A DNA stretch of 44,915 nucleotides, from assembly GCA_041640655.1 (NCBI GenBank), contig JBEPZV010000019.1, positions 1-44,915 of the forward strand, given 5' to 3'. Position numbers and translations under genes: made by a program. The stretch's first letter is position 1. Each line of letters starts with the position of its first letter. Positions 1-10,206 of this stretch are shown one piece after another. The notes below the pieces were generated by a model. That model was not told the origin of the DNA, made no database searches, and saw nothing but the letters and a program-made list of their open reading frames with translations. This stretch comes from a bacterium (GTDB taxonomy: Bacteria > Acidobacteriota > Blastocatellia > HR10).

Positions 1-1
1 A

Positions 2-772
2 TCCGCTGATCCCGAACTGCGTGGTGACGGCGCGCGCCACCGGCAGCAGCTTCAGTTGCCACGCCGCGGCTTGCGCCGCATCCCCATCGCGCGCCAGGCG
101 CATGATCGTCAAGCACGCCTCCGGAGCAATGCAGCCGACGGCCAAGATGGCTCCTTTCGCGCCCAAGGCCACCGCCGCCTGAAGCAATGCCGCCGATCCG
201 GTGAGAACGCCGAAGTCCGATGGGACAAGGCGCAAGATCTCGGCCAACGTCGCCAGGTTCCCCCCGCTATCTTTGATCCCGATGATGTTGGGATGCTCGG
301 CCAAGCGGGCGACCGTCTCCGGATCGAGCGCGATCCCCGTGAATTGCGGGACGCTGTAGAGGAGGATCGGGATCGGCGAGGCATCGGCGATCCGGCGATA
401 GTGCTCCAGGAGAACCCGGGGCGTGATCTGGTCCCGATAGTAATGCGGCGTCCCGACCAGCAGCGCATCCGCGCGCAAACTGGCCGCGCGCCGGGCGAAG
501 TCCACAGCTTCGCGCGTGGTGTTATAGCTGGCGCCGACAATGAGGAGCTTATCGCCAGGGATCGCCTCGCGCGCCGTCTCGACCACCTTCCACCGTTCCC
601 CCTCGGTGAGATGCACGAACTCACCATTGGAGCCGAGGACGACGTATCCCGCGTAATCCCACCGATTCCACCGCTCGATGTTCGCGCGAAAGCGATCGTA
701 GGCGACCTGTTCCCGCTCATCAAAAGGCGTGGGGATAGGGGGGAGAAGGCCAGCAATGACTCGTCTCATCAT
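2..772 (-). CDS. DHDPS-family aldolase, 4-hydroxy-2-oxoglutarate aldolase (HOGA)-like; 3' end runs off the window
   Basis: Not in the ORF track; hand translation gives MMRRVIAGLLPPIPTPFD...VLGSNGE...ILLYSVPQFTG...HPNIIGIKDSGG...VLTGSA...AVTTQFGISG. Schiff-base Lys is in IKDS; GSNGE and YSVP are HOGA-type motifs. SD GGAGGTG at 780-774. Confidence 0.88.
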   Translation of the reverse strand, partial: MMRRVIAGLLPPIPTPFDEREQVAYDRFRANIERWNRWDYAGYVVLGSNGEFVHLTEGERWKVVETAREAIPGDKLLIVGASYNTTREAVDFARRAASLRADALLVGTPHYYRDQITPRVLLEHYRRIADASPIPILLYSVPQFTGIALDPETVARLAEHPNIIGIKDSGGNLATLAEILRLVPSDFGVLTGSAALLQAAVALGAKGAILAVGCIAPEACLTIMRLARDGDAAQAAAWQLKLLPVARAVTTQFGISG

Positions 773-817
773 GCACCTCCCGGCATCTCTCGCGCGTCAT
801 ATGATGCGCCCATCTTT

Positions 818-1600
818 TTACTCGGCGCGCACGCGATTGCGCAAGGTCCCGATGCCCTCGATCTCCACCTCGACGAGGTCGCCATCGGCGAGAGGGCCGA
901 CACCGGCGGGCGTGCCGGTGAAGATGAGATCGCCCGGCAGCAAGGTCATCACGCGCGAGATGAAGCGCACGAGCACAGGCACCGGGAAGATGAGATCGCG
1001 CGTCGAGGCCCGTTGCCGCACGCGGCCATTGACGCGCGTCTCGATCCGAAGATCGGAGGGATCAAGATCGGTGGCGATCACCGGACCAACGGGGGCGAAC
1101 GTATCGAAACCTTTCGCGCGCGTGAACTGCCCGTCCCGCTGTTGCAGATCGCGCGCGGTCACATCATTGCCGCACGTATAGCCGAGGACGTACGCGAGCG
1201 GATCCTCGCCCTCTCCGAGGCGAGAGGCGCGTCGGCCGATGACGACGACCAGCTCGCCCTCGTAGTCCACTCGCATGGACATACGGGGGAGTCGGATCTC
1301 TTCTTCCGGACCGATCACCGCGCTCGGCGGCTTGAGGAAGATCAGCGGCTCGGCAGGCACCTCATGCCCGAGCTCGGCTGCGTGGTCGCGATAGTTCCGC
1401 CCGAGCGCCACGATCTTGCTCGGTTCACAGGGGGCGAGCAAGCGCGTGCGCGAGAGCGGCCGCGCTTCGGACTGCCGAGGCGTGATCGAACCGAAGGGAT
1501 CATCTTCCGCGATGGGGATGACGCGCTCTCCCTCGAGCAATCCATAGCGCGCTCGTGGGAGATTCGGAATGGAGAGATCGAGAAACCGACAGATGCGCAT
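818..1600 (-). CDS. Fumarylacetoacetate hydrolase family protein
   Basis: Motifs [62 protein letters not shown]. Start reassigned to ATG 1600 (MRICRF), with SD AGGAGG upstream. Confidence 0.93.
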   Translation of the reverse strand: MRICRFLDLSIPNLPRARYGLLEGERVIPIAEDDPFGSITPRQSEARPLSRTRLLAPCEPSKIVALGRNYRDHAAELGHEVPAEPLIFLKPPSAVIGPEEEIRLPRMSMRVDYEGELVVVIGRRASRLGEGEDPLAYVLGYTCGNDVTARDLQQRDGQFTRAKGFDTFAPVGPVIATDLDPSDLRIETRVNGRVRQRASTRDLIFPVPVLVRFISRVMTLLPGDLIFTGTPAGVGPLADGDLVEVEIEGIGTLRNRVRAE

Positions 1601-2738
1601 CTCTGAGGACCTCCTGAACGACGATCTCCGACGGGCGGCTCTCATTCCCGAAGCGATCCACCGCCGTGATGCGATAGGCATAGCGCGCGCCCGGCTGCAC
1701 GGCCTCATCGCGATAGGTCGTCAGCGGATGCGGTGTCGCGTTCAATCGCACCCACGCCGATTCCGAAGCGTCCGCTGAGGGAGCGCGATAGATATAATAC
1801 CCCACGACGTCCGGCTCCCGGTTCGGCGTCCAGAAGAGGCTGACGATCCCCTGCGCCGAAGCAGCGATCACGCCCTCGGGCGGAGCCGGTGGGAAGGTAT
1901 CGCGCGGCGTGAAGCGAATCGGCGTCGCATCGCGGCTCTCGATGAGCGTTCCATCGCGCGCCGGGGCGACGGCTCTCACGACGTAGACATAGTCGACGCC
2001 GTATTGAAAGTCCCGATCGCGCCACTCCGTCCCCGTGACGAGCGCGGCGCCGTTGAGGGGAGGACCGAAGTGAGGGTCCTCGACCCTTCGACGATACACG
2101 TTGTAGCCGAGGACGTTCGGCGGCGCGGATCCATCCACGTTGCGCGCGGGCGGTGCCCATGTGAGGAGGACGATGTCCTGAGCGGCATCCACGGCGCGGA
2201 GGGCGTGCGGGGGGGAAGGGACATCGCCCTGCGGCTCGATCTGCGCGATGTTCGAGAGCGGCCCGGGACGTCCGTGGGCGTCCACCAAGCGCGCGGCGTA
2301 GAGCCACCGATGCCCGAAGGCGGTGATCGGCCCATCCTCCAGCGTGAGCGTCTCCTGGGTTGAGGCGCGCGCGAGCTCCTCGCGATCGAAGATGGCGATC
2401 AGGCGCGCGCGCTCGAGAAACGCGTCCTCCGAAGGGGGTTCGGAAGCCCCGCGTGGCTCCAGAGCGCGATAGACTTCCAGACGATCCACGAGGAAGCCGC
2501 GCGCGGCGGAGGCGTCCACATCCGGGCGCGGGAGCGTGAGCCGGAGCACGTCGCCCTGCTGCCGGACGCTCACCCCCTCCAGACGCATCGGCATCGGACG
2601 GCGAGGCGGCAAGGGAGCACCGACTCTCCCGCACGAGCAGGAGAGCACTCCGACCAGAAGGAGGATGCACAGCAGCGGAAGAGCGCGGAAGGTGAAGGCG
2701 AAGCGGCATCGGCCGGAGATGGATCGCTCCCCCGTCAC
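1500..2738 (-). CDS. Lipoprotein with tandem fibronectin type III-like domains
   Basis: Hydrophobic signal ending [11 protein letters not shown] (lipobox-like Cys) followed by GAPLPP. Repeated Fn3 signatures [46 protein letters not shown] start overlaps the hslU stop (GTGA). Confidence 0.8.
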   Translation of the reverse strand: MTGERSISGRCRFAFTFRALPLLCILLLVGVLSCSCGRVGAPLPPRRPMPMRLEGVSVRQQGDVLRLTLPRPDVDASAARGFLVDRLEVYRALEPRGASEPPSEDAFLERARLIAIFDREELARASTQETLTLEDGPITAFGHRWLYAARLVDAHGRPGPLSNIAQIEPQGDVPSPPHALRAVDAAQDIVLLTWAPPARNVDGSAPPNVLGYNVYRRRVEDPHFGPPLNGAALVTGTEWRDRDFQYGVDYVYVVRAVAPARDGTLIESRDATPIRFTPRDTFPPAPPEGVIAASAQGIVSLFWTPNREPDVVGYYIYRAPSADASESAWVRLNATPHPLTTYRDEAVQPGARYAYRITAVDRFGNESRPSEIVVQEVLRDAHLSVSRSLHSESPTSALWIARGRARHPHRGR

Positions 2739-4177
2739 AGGATGTAGCGGCTGAGGTCCTGATTCTGCACGATGCTCACGAGCTTGCGGCGCACGTACTC
2801 GGCATCAATCCGCTGATGTTTCTCCTTGAGGTCGGGCGCTTCGAAGGAGATGTCCTCGAGCACCTTCTCCATGATCGTGTGCAGGCGTCGGGCGCCGATG
2901 TTCTCCGTCTGCTCGTTCACGGCGTAGGCGAATTGCGCGATGGCGTCAATGGCATCGGGCGTGAACTCGAGTGTGACCCCTTCGGTCGCCAGCAGCGCCG
3001 TGTATTGCTTGATGAGCGAATTCTTCGGCTCGGTGAGGATGCGTTTGAAGTCCTCGACCGTCAGCGGATCCAGCTCCACGCGGATGGGGAATCGGCCCTG
3101 CAGCTCGGGGATGAGGTCGGAGGGTTTGGTGACATGAAAGGCGCCGGCAGCGATGAAGAGGATGTGATCGGTGCGCACGGTGCCATAGCGCGTGCTCACG
3201 GTCGTCCCCTCGATGATCGGCAGCAGATCGCGCTGCACCCCCTCGCGCGAGACGTCCGGCCCATGCCCGGATTCCCGCCCGGCGATCTTATCGATCTCGT
3301 CCAGGAAGATGATGCCCGATTGCTCGACGCGCTCCAGCGCGATGCGCGCCACCTGCTCCATGTCAACGAGTTTCTGCTCCTCCTCCTGGATGAGATAGTC
3401 CATCGCCTCATCCACGCGCATCTTTCGCTTCTTGGTGCGGCCAGGACCGAAGAGACCTGGGATCAGCTCCTGAATGGCGATGTCCATCTCCTCCACGCCC
3501 TGGCTCGTGATGATCTCAAAGCGCCCGGGGAAGAAGCGTTCGCGGACCTCGATCTCGACGATGCGATTATTGAGCTTCCCCTCGCGCAAGAGCTGGCGCA
3601 ATTTCTCGCGCGTGCGCTGCAACTGTTCAAAATCGGCCCCCTCCTCGAGGAGGGACGGCTCGCCCTCCTCCTCTTCCAGGAAATCGCTGAGCGCCTGTCG
3701 CCGCCCCTTGCGCTTTCGTCCCGAGGGCAGGAGCAGGTCCAGAAGGCGCTCCTCCGCGTTCTGCTCCGCTTTATCGGCCACCTCTTGCATCTTCTCAGCG
3801 CGCACCATATCCACGGCGACATCCACGAGATCGCGGATCATGGACTCGACATCGCGCCCGACGTATCCGACTTCGGTGAATTTGGACGCTTCGACCTTCA
3901 AGAAGGGCGAATTCGAGAGGCGCGCCAGACGACGCGCGATCTCCGTCTTGCCGACGCCCGTCGGTCCGATCATGAGGATGTTCTTCGGAATGATGTCCTG
4001 AGCGAGATCAGGCGGGAGCTTCTGTCGGCGAATGCGATTGCGCAAGGCGATGGCGACGGCCCGCTTGGCCGCCGTTTGGCCGACGACGTACTTATCCAGC
4101 TCCTCGACGATCTGGCGCGGCGTCAGCTCGTCCAATTTCGGCAGTGTCTCGACCTCGCTGGAGAGATAGATGACCAT
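2735..4177 (-). CDS. hslU: ATP-dependent protease ATPase subunit HslU
   Basis: [61 protein letters not shown]-terminal DLSRYIL. Start ATG 4177 (MVIYL), 7 nt after the hslV stop. Confidence 0.97.
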   Translation of the reverse strand: MVIYLSSEVETLPKLDELTPRQIVEELDKYVVGQTAAKRAVAIALRNRIRRQKLPPDLAQDIIPKNILMIGPTGVGKTEIARRLARLSNSPFLKVEASKFTEVGYVGRDVESMIRDLVDVAVDMVRAEKMQEVADKAEQNAEERLLDLLLPSGRKRKGRRQALSDFLEEEEGEPSLLEEGADFEQLQRTREKLRQLLREGKLNNRIVEIEVRERFFPGRFEIITSQGVEEMDIAIQELIPGLFGPGRTKKRKMRVDEAMDYLIQEEEQKLVDMEQVARIALERVEQSGIIFLDEIDKIAGRESGHGPDVSREGVQRDLLPIIEGTTVSTRYGTVRTDHILFIAAGAFHVTKPSDLIPELQGRFPIRVELDPLTVEDFKRILTEPKNSLIKQYTALLATEGVTLEFTPDAIDAIAQFAYAVNEQTENIGARRLHTIMEKVLEDISFEAPDLKEKHQRIDAEYVRRKLVSIVQNQDLSRYIL

Positions 4178-4184
4178 AGTCGGG

Positions 4185-4727
4185 TCACAACTCCTCGATG
4201 ATGAAGTGCTCATTCGTATAGACGCAGATCTGGCTCGCGATGCGCAGCGCTTCTTCGGCGATCTCGCGAGCCGAGAGCGTCGTATGCCGGAGCAGGGCGC
4301 GGGCGGCCGCCAGCGCATACGGCCCGCCCGATCCGATGGCGGCGACGTCATCGTCCGGCTCGATGACCTCCCCGCTGCCGGAGAGAATGAGCGAGCGTTC
4401 GCGATCGGCGACGAGCAAGAGCGCCTCCAGATGGCGCAAGTATCGGTCCGTGCGCCAATCCCGCGCCAGTTCCACCGCCGCCCGACTCAAATTCCCGCGA
4501 AACTCCTCCAGTTTGCTCTCGAAGCGCTGGAAGAGCGCGAAGGCATCCGCCGTCGAACCCGCGAATCCCGCCAGGATGCGGTCATTATAGAGTCGGCGCA
4601 CCTTGCGCGCGTTGTGCTTCAGGATCGTGTCCTGGAACGTGACCTGTCCATCGCTGGCCATGACGACGCGACCCTGGCGGCGAACGCACAGGACGGTTGT
4701 GCCCTTCATCTGCGCGTGACTCACCAT
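4185..4727 (-). CDS. hslV: ATP-dependent protease peptidase subunit HslV
   Basis: GTTVL (N-terminal Thr nucleophile), [38 protein letters not shown]. Start is ATG 4727 or ATG 4709. Confidence 0.96.
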   Translation of the reverse strand: MVSHAQMKGTTVLCVRRQGRVVMASDGQVTFQDTILKHNARKVRRLYNDRILAGFAGSTADAFALFQRFESKLEEFRGNLSRAAVELARDWRTDRYLRHLEALLLVADRERSLILSGSGEVIEPDDDVAAIGSGGPYALAAARALLRHTTLSAREIAEEALRIASQICVYTNEHFIIEEL

Positions 4728-4736
4728 TCGATTAGC

Positions 4737-4765
4737 ACTATAAGAGTCGTGCCCGGAATTGTCAA
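4737..4765 (-). promoter_or_regulatory. sigma70-type promoter for the hslVU operon
   Basis: TTGACA (4765-4760), 17 bp, TATAGT (4742-4737) on the minus strand. Confidence 0.75.
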
Positions 4766-4792
4766 GAAAGCGCGCGCCGCGCCTGCGGCGCT

Positions 4793-4822
4793 TTGACGTC
4801 GACGCGCGCGCCGACTTAGGAT
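4793..4822 (+). promoter_or_regulatory. Putative sigma70 promoter divergent from hslV
   Basis: TTGACG (4793-4798), 18 bp, TAGGAT (4817-4822). Confidence 0.5.
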
Positions 4823-4846
4823 TACTGGGGTCGTTTCGGAACGGCG

Positions 4847-5329
4847 ATGGAGACGGTGCAGCACGTGGCCGAGCGCGTGAGAGCGATCCTCGGTGCGGAG
4901 TGGATCCCCGCGATCTACCGCGACCAGATTCTCGCGGACCGCACGCGCCGCTACGCGCTGAAGTGTCCGCACGGGGCCCGACGCGTGGAGATCGCGCACA
5001 CACTGCTGGGCATCGAGGTGAAGGTGGATGGCCGACGGCTGCTGGTTCCCGATCTGGCCGTCGCGCGCTATCTGGCCGTCTTCGCCCGCATCGGGGCGGA
5101 GGCCATCGCCATCCCTTACGACATCACGCGCCTGTCGCGCTTCGCGGATCAGTTGGAGCAGTCCTGGCAGCGGCTCCTCCTGCTTGTGGAGCACGTGACC
5201 GAAGGGCGGAGCCCGCACTTTCGCGCCCGCGTGCGGGCCTGCCTGGTGCGGTGGATGCGGGATGAGTTGCGGATGCTCGGCGCGGGGGCGCTCTACCCCT
5301 CCTTCGAGATGCCGACGCGGCGGCAATGA
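4847..5329 (+). CDS. Hypothetical protein (160 aa)
   Basis: Protein-like composition, follows a promoter-like sequence, stop overlaps the next start (ATGA). No family recognised. Confidence 0.7.
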   Translation: METVQHVAERVRAILGAEWIPAIYRDQILADRTRRYALKCPHGARRVEIAHTLLGIEVKVDGRRLLVPDLAVARYLAVFARIGAEAIAIPYDITRLSRFADQLEQSWQRLLLLVEHVTEGRSPHFRARVRACLVRWMRDELRMLGAGALYPSFEMPTRRQ

Positions 5330-6333
5330 GGTGGATCTCGATGCGGCGACCGCTCTCGCGAATTCTCCTCCTTCACCTCGGGAGGCTGAGCGAGGTCGTC
5401 TTCGCCCTGCCCGCGTGCTCGGCTGTGCGCGAGCGCTTTTCTGATGCCCGCATCACCGGGGTGGCGACGCCGTGGGGATGCGAACTGCTCGCCCTGAGCG
5501 GCGTCGTATCGGACTGTTGGCCGATCAAGAGCACGCATCCGGCGGACCTGCTCCTCCCCTGGAACGCTCTTGAGGCCCTCCAGGCCATGGGGGAGCTGCG
5601 GGAGCGACAGTATGAGCTGGCCATTGATTTTCACCCCTCAGGAGGGACGATCCTCATCGCCTTAGCCGCGGGCGTGCGCGCGCGTCTGGCCGCGGGGCGG
5701 TCAGAGGGGTTCGCCGGGCTCTTCTTCAACGTTTGGCGCCTGCCGGAGGATCCGCGCCGCCACCTCGTGGATCGGTATCTGGATGCCCTGCGCGCGCTCG
5801 ACATCTCGCCGAGGGTTCGCATCCCCACGGTGCGCACCGACCCCGAGGCGGATGAGCGTTTCGAGCGGTGGCTCCGGGCCCGAGGGGTTGAGCCCGGAGA
5901 GCTTTTGATCGGCTTCTCTCCAGAAGCCGACCCCAGCGCGACTCCATGGCCGTGGGATCGGTTCCGCGATTTGGCGCAGCGTCTGGTCACTCACTTCCGT
6001 GCCCGCATCCTCAATGTGGGGGGAGAGGGGCCGACGCGCCGGGAGTTCCCCAAAGGGACGCTCCGTGTGCGCGCGCGCACACTGCGCGAGTTGGCGTCGG
6101 CCCTGGCGCGCTGTGCGCTCGTCGTCTCGGGGGACGCCGGAGTGGGCCATCTCGCCGCCGCACTCGGTGTCCCCACGCTCATGCTCGGATGCACGAGCAC
6201 ACGACGCCCGCTTGGGGATGATCATCGGTTCGTGGAACGCGCGGCTCTCGACCGATATGCTGTGGAGCGTGTGTTCGAGATGGCGAGTGAAATGCTCGGG
6301 CGCAGTCGGACGACGACGCTCTTTCGTTCCTGA
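5326..6333 (+). CDS. Glycosyltransferase family 9 (ADP-heptose:LPS heptosyltransferase-like), divergent
   Basis: RILLLHLGRLSEVVFALP, YELAIDFH, RHLVDRYL, W...RF..LA, LRELASALARCALVVSGDAGVGHLAAALGVPT. Start 5326 or 5341. Confidence 0.85.
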   Translation: MRWISMRRPLSRILLLHLGRLSEVVFALPACSAVRERFSDARITGVATPWGCELLALSGVVSDCWPIKSTHPADLLLPWNALEALQAMGELRERQYELAIDFHPSGGTILIALAAGVRARLAAGRSEGFAGLFFNVWRLPEDPRRHLVDRYLDALRALDISPRVRIPTVRTDPEADERFERWLRARGVEPGELLIGFSPEADPSATPWPWDRFRDLAQRLVTHFRARILNVGGEGPTRREFPKGTLRVRARTLRELASALARCALVVSGDAGVGHLAAALGVPTLMLGCTSTRRPLGDDHRFVERAALDRYAVERVFEMASEMLGRSRTTTLFRS

Positions 6334-6342
6334 GGCTCTTTT

Positions 6343-6371
6343 TTGACAATCCGGACGACCCGTGATAGAGT
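6343..6371 (+). promoter_or_regulatory. sigma70 promoter with extended -10
   Basis: TTGACA (6343-6348), 17 bp, TG-a-TAGAGT (-10 at 6366-6371). Confidence 0.7.
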
Positions 6372-6400
6372 AGCGGAGGATTCGGTGAGAGGGACGGACG

Positions 6401-6607
6401 ATGAGCATCAAACCGGAGCTGTTGGAGATTCTGGCCTGTCCCGCCTGCGTGCGCGAGATGAATGAGCGGGCGAAGGTTCGCCTGACGACCGATGGGCAGG
6501 GGCTGCAGTGTCCCATCTGTCATCGCGTCTACCCCATTCGGGAGGGGATCCCCGTGATGCTCATCGAGGAGGCGCGTGTGGAGGAACGAGAGCTGTGGCG
6601 CGAGTGA
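6401..6607 (+). CDS. Trm112/YcaR (UPF0434) family small zinc-binding protein
   Basis: LLEILACPAC...LQCPICHRVYPIREGIPVMLIEEA is the typical family pattern. Confidence 0.9.
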   Translation: MSIKPELLEILACPACVREMNERAKVRLTTDGQGLQCPICHRVYPIREGIPVMLIEEARVEERELWRE

Positions 6608-6682
6608 CGCATCCTGGCTGAGGACGGCGCGTACGGTTCGGGAGAGCGAGAGCTCAAGCGAGAGGAGGCATCAAGGGGGATC

Positions 6683-7804
6683 ATGGTGCATTCGGATTCG
6701 GATCCTGTGGCTCATGCGGAGCTTCCCTGGGATCGCATTCGGCGTGTCCTGTTCATCCGGTTGCGCTCGATCGGAGATACGGTGCTCATGACGCCGTGCC
6801 TGACGGCGCTCAAGCAGTGGAAGCCGGAGCTGCAGATCAGCGTGCTCAGCGAAGCCCTCTCGGCCCCGCTTCTGGAGGACCATCCGCATGTGGACGAAGT
6901 GATCGTCCTGGAGCGAGACGAACGAGGGTTGCGTGACGGCATGCGCCGATGGCAGTTGGCGAAGCGCCTGCGCGAACAAGCTTTCGACGCCGCCTTCAAT
7001 CTGCATGGGGGACCGACGGCCACGCTCCTCACCTATTTGAGTCGGGCCCCGGAGCGAGTCGGATACCGAGGCTATCGCTACGGGTGGTTGCACAACCGGC
7101 GAGCGCCGGACCCTCCGCGCATTTGGCAGAAGGCGGAGATCCATTCGGTCGAACAGCAACTCGGGCTCTTGAAATGGTGTGGCGTTCCCATCACGACGCC
7201 CCCACCGACCTCGCTGCGGGCGAATGAGCACGCCCTTATGAGCGTGCACCGACGCTTGAGACAGCTGGGGATTCGCGGCCCGTTTGTCGTGATCCATCCG
7301 GCCGCCACGCACGAGACCAAGCGATGGTCCGCGTACAAATTCGCTCACGTCGTCCGCTACCTTGCGGCGAAGCATGATCTGCCCTCTATTGTCCTCGCGG
7401 CGCGACACGAAGGGCATATCACCGACGCTGTCAAAGGCTTCGCGGGGATGGCCGCTCATCCGATCACCGATCTCACCCTGAAGGAGGTCATCGCGTTGCT
7501 CAGCCGTGCGGCGCTCTTTGTGGGCAACGATAGCGGGCCGGCGCATATCGCGGCCGCCGTGGGCTGTCCGGGAGTCGTGATCTTCGGCGCCTCGGATCCG
7601 ACGGTCTGGCGGCCCTGGGGCACAGCGCCCTCGGCCGTCGTGCAAGCGACGCGGGATCATATGGGTGTATCCCTTCCCCCATCTGAGCGCATTCGACATA
7701 TCCGCGTCGAGCACGTGATCGAGGCCATCGAGCGCGTGCTCGCCGCGATCAGCGGGGCAGTGATGTGGCGACCGTCGCTCGCTGATCGGGAATGGTCGCC
7801 ATAG
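6683..7804 (+). CDS. Glycosyltransferase family 9, LPS heptosyltransferase (WaaF/WaaQ-like)
   Basis: RVLFIRLRSIGDTVLMTP, HPHVDEVI, IHPAA...KRW, LFVGNDSGPAHIAAAVG, IFG...WRPW. Confidence 0.92.
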   Translation: MVHSDSDPVAHAELPWDRIRRVLFIRLRSIGDTVLMTPCLTALKQWKPELQISVLSEALSAPLLEDHPHVDEVIVLERDERGLRDGMRRWQLAKRLREQAFDAAFNLHGGPTATLLTYLSRAPERVGYRGYRYGWLHNRRAPDPPRIWQKAEIHSVEQQLGLLKWCGVPITTPPPTSLRANEHALMSVHRRLRQLGIRGPFVVIHPAATHETKRWSAYKFAHVVRYLAAKHDLPSIVLAARHEGHITDAVKGFAGMAAHPITDLTLKEVIALLSRAALFVGNDSGPAHIAAAVGCPGVVIFGASDPTVWRPWGTAPSAVVQATRDHMGVSLPPSERIRHIRVEHVIEAIERVLAAISGAVMWRPSLADREWSP

Positions 7805-7817
7805 GAGGCGAGACGCC

Positions 7818-8846
7818 ATGTCATACCCGTTGGAACGTCTGACGCCCGAGCAGGCCGAGCGCGTGCTGGAGCGATTCGCGGGTCGGCGGCTGCTGGTGCT
7901 CGGGGACCTCATGCTCGACGAATACCTGTGGGGGAAGGCTCGGCGCATCTCGCCCGAAGCGCCCGTGCCCGTGGTCGAGATCGAGCGCGAATCGTTTCGT
8001 CTGGGGGGAGCGGGCAATGTGGCGAGCAACCTTCTGGCGCTTGGGGCTCAAGCATGGCTGGTGGCCGTGACGGGGGCGGACGCGGCGGCCGAGCGCCTCC
8101 GCGCTTTGCTCGCCGAGTGGCGGATTGAGGCCGACGGCCTCCTGACCGATCCGACACGTCCGACCACGGTCAAAACGCGCATCCTGGCGCAGCATCAACA
8201 GGTTGTGCGCGCCGATCGGGAGAGCCGAGCCCCGCTCTCGGAAGACTTCACGCGCCGCCTCCTGGCCTTGGTGCGCGAGCGATTGGACGCCGTCGAGGGC
8301 GTCGTCATCTCCGATTATGAGAAGGGGACGATCACGCCGCCGCTGCTGGAGGCGCTGCTGCCGGAGCTCCGACGTCGGCATCTCCCCGTCTTCCTCGATC
8401 CGAAGATGCGCAACTTCCCCTACTATCGGCCGGTGACGTGGATCAAGCCGAATCAACGCGAGGCCGAGGCCGTGATTCATCAAGAGATCGCGGATGAGGC
8501 GACGCTTCTGGAAGCCGGACGCCGAGTGCAACGCGCGGCCGACAGCGACTACGTGCTGCTCACGCGCGGCGAGCATGGGATGACCCTGTTCGCCCGCGAG
8601 GGCTGGGTGCGACATATCCCCACCGTGGCGCGCGAAGTCTACGACGTGACGGGAGCCGGGGATACGGTCATGGCCGCGCTCAGCCTCTCGGTCCTGGCCG
8701 GCGCCGATCCGCTGCAGGCCGCGCACCTGGCCAATTATGCCGCCAGCATCGTCATCGCGAAGCTCGGGACGGCCGTCGTCACGCGCGAGGAGATTCAGGG
8801 TGCCCTTCGCGCCGATTGGCTCCTGCGCCGGAGTGACGCGCGGTGA
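7818..8846 (+). CDS. rfaE1: D-glycero-beta-D-manno-heptose-7-phosphate kinase (stand-alone RfaE domain I / HldA)
   Basis: VLGDLMLDEY, RISPEAPVPVV, GGAGNVA, TTVKTRI, ISDYEKG, TRGEHGM, EVYDVTGAGDTV, KLGTA. SD AGGAGG. Confidence 0.93.
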   Translation: MSYPLERLTPEQAERVLERFAGRRLLVLGDLMLDEYLWGKARRISPEAPVPVVEIERESFRLGGAGNVASNLLALGAQAWLVAVTGADAAAERLRALLAEWRIEADGLLTDPTRPTTVKTRILAQHQQVVRADRESRAPLSEDFTRRLLALVRERLDAVEGVVISDYEKGTITPPLLEALLPELRRRHLPVFLDPKMRNFPYYRPVTWIKPNQREAEAVIHQEIADEATLLEAGRRVQRAADSDYVLLTRGEHGMTLFAREGWVRHIPTVAREVYDVTGAGDTVMAALSLSVLAGADPLQAAHLANYAASIVIAKLGTAVVTREEIQGALRADWLLRRSDAR

Positions 8847-10031
<1,185 letters not shown>

Positions 10032-10148
10032 CCTCTCCTCCTCGATGATGACGTCGTGTGAGAGGGCATAGTATCCCATATGCTTGACTCGCCAGGCAAT
10101 GTGCACCACGGAGGTCTGAGCAACGCTGAGGGTCGTTCCCCCGGCGCG

Positions 10149-10177
10149 TTGCGGCCCTGTCGGGGCTATGCTAGCAT
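10149..10177 (+). promoter_or_regulatory. Putative sigma70 promoter for the M16-walJ-pur operon
   Basis: TTGCGG (10149-10154), 17 bp, TG-c-TAGCAT (10172-10177). Confidence 0.5.
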
Positions 10178-10206
10178 CTAAGCCTCTCAAGCGGCAGGCG
10201 GGTTGT

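Noticed and set aside
56..1606. 516-aa plus-strand ORF, and similar ones such as 2816-4201, 6671-8029 and 10171-11397
   Set aside because: Each lies opposite a gene with recognisable family motifs and has no independent support
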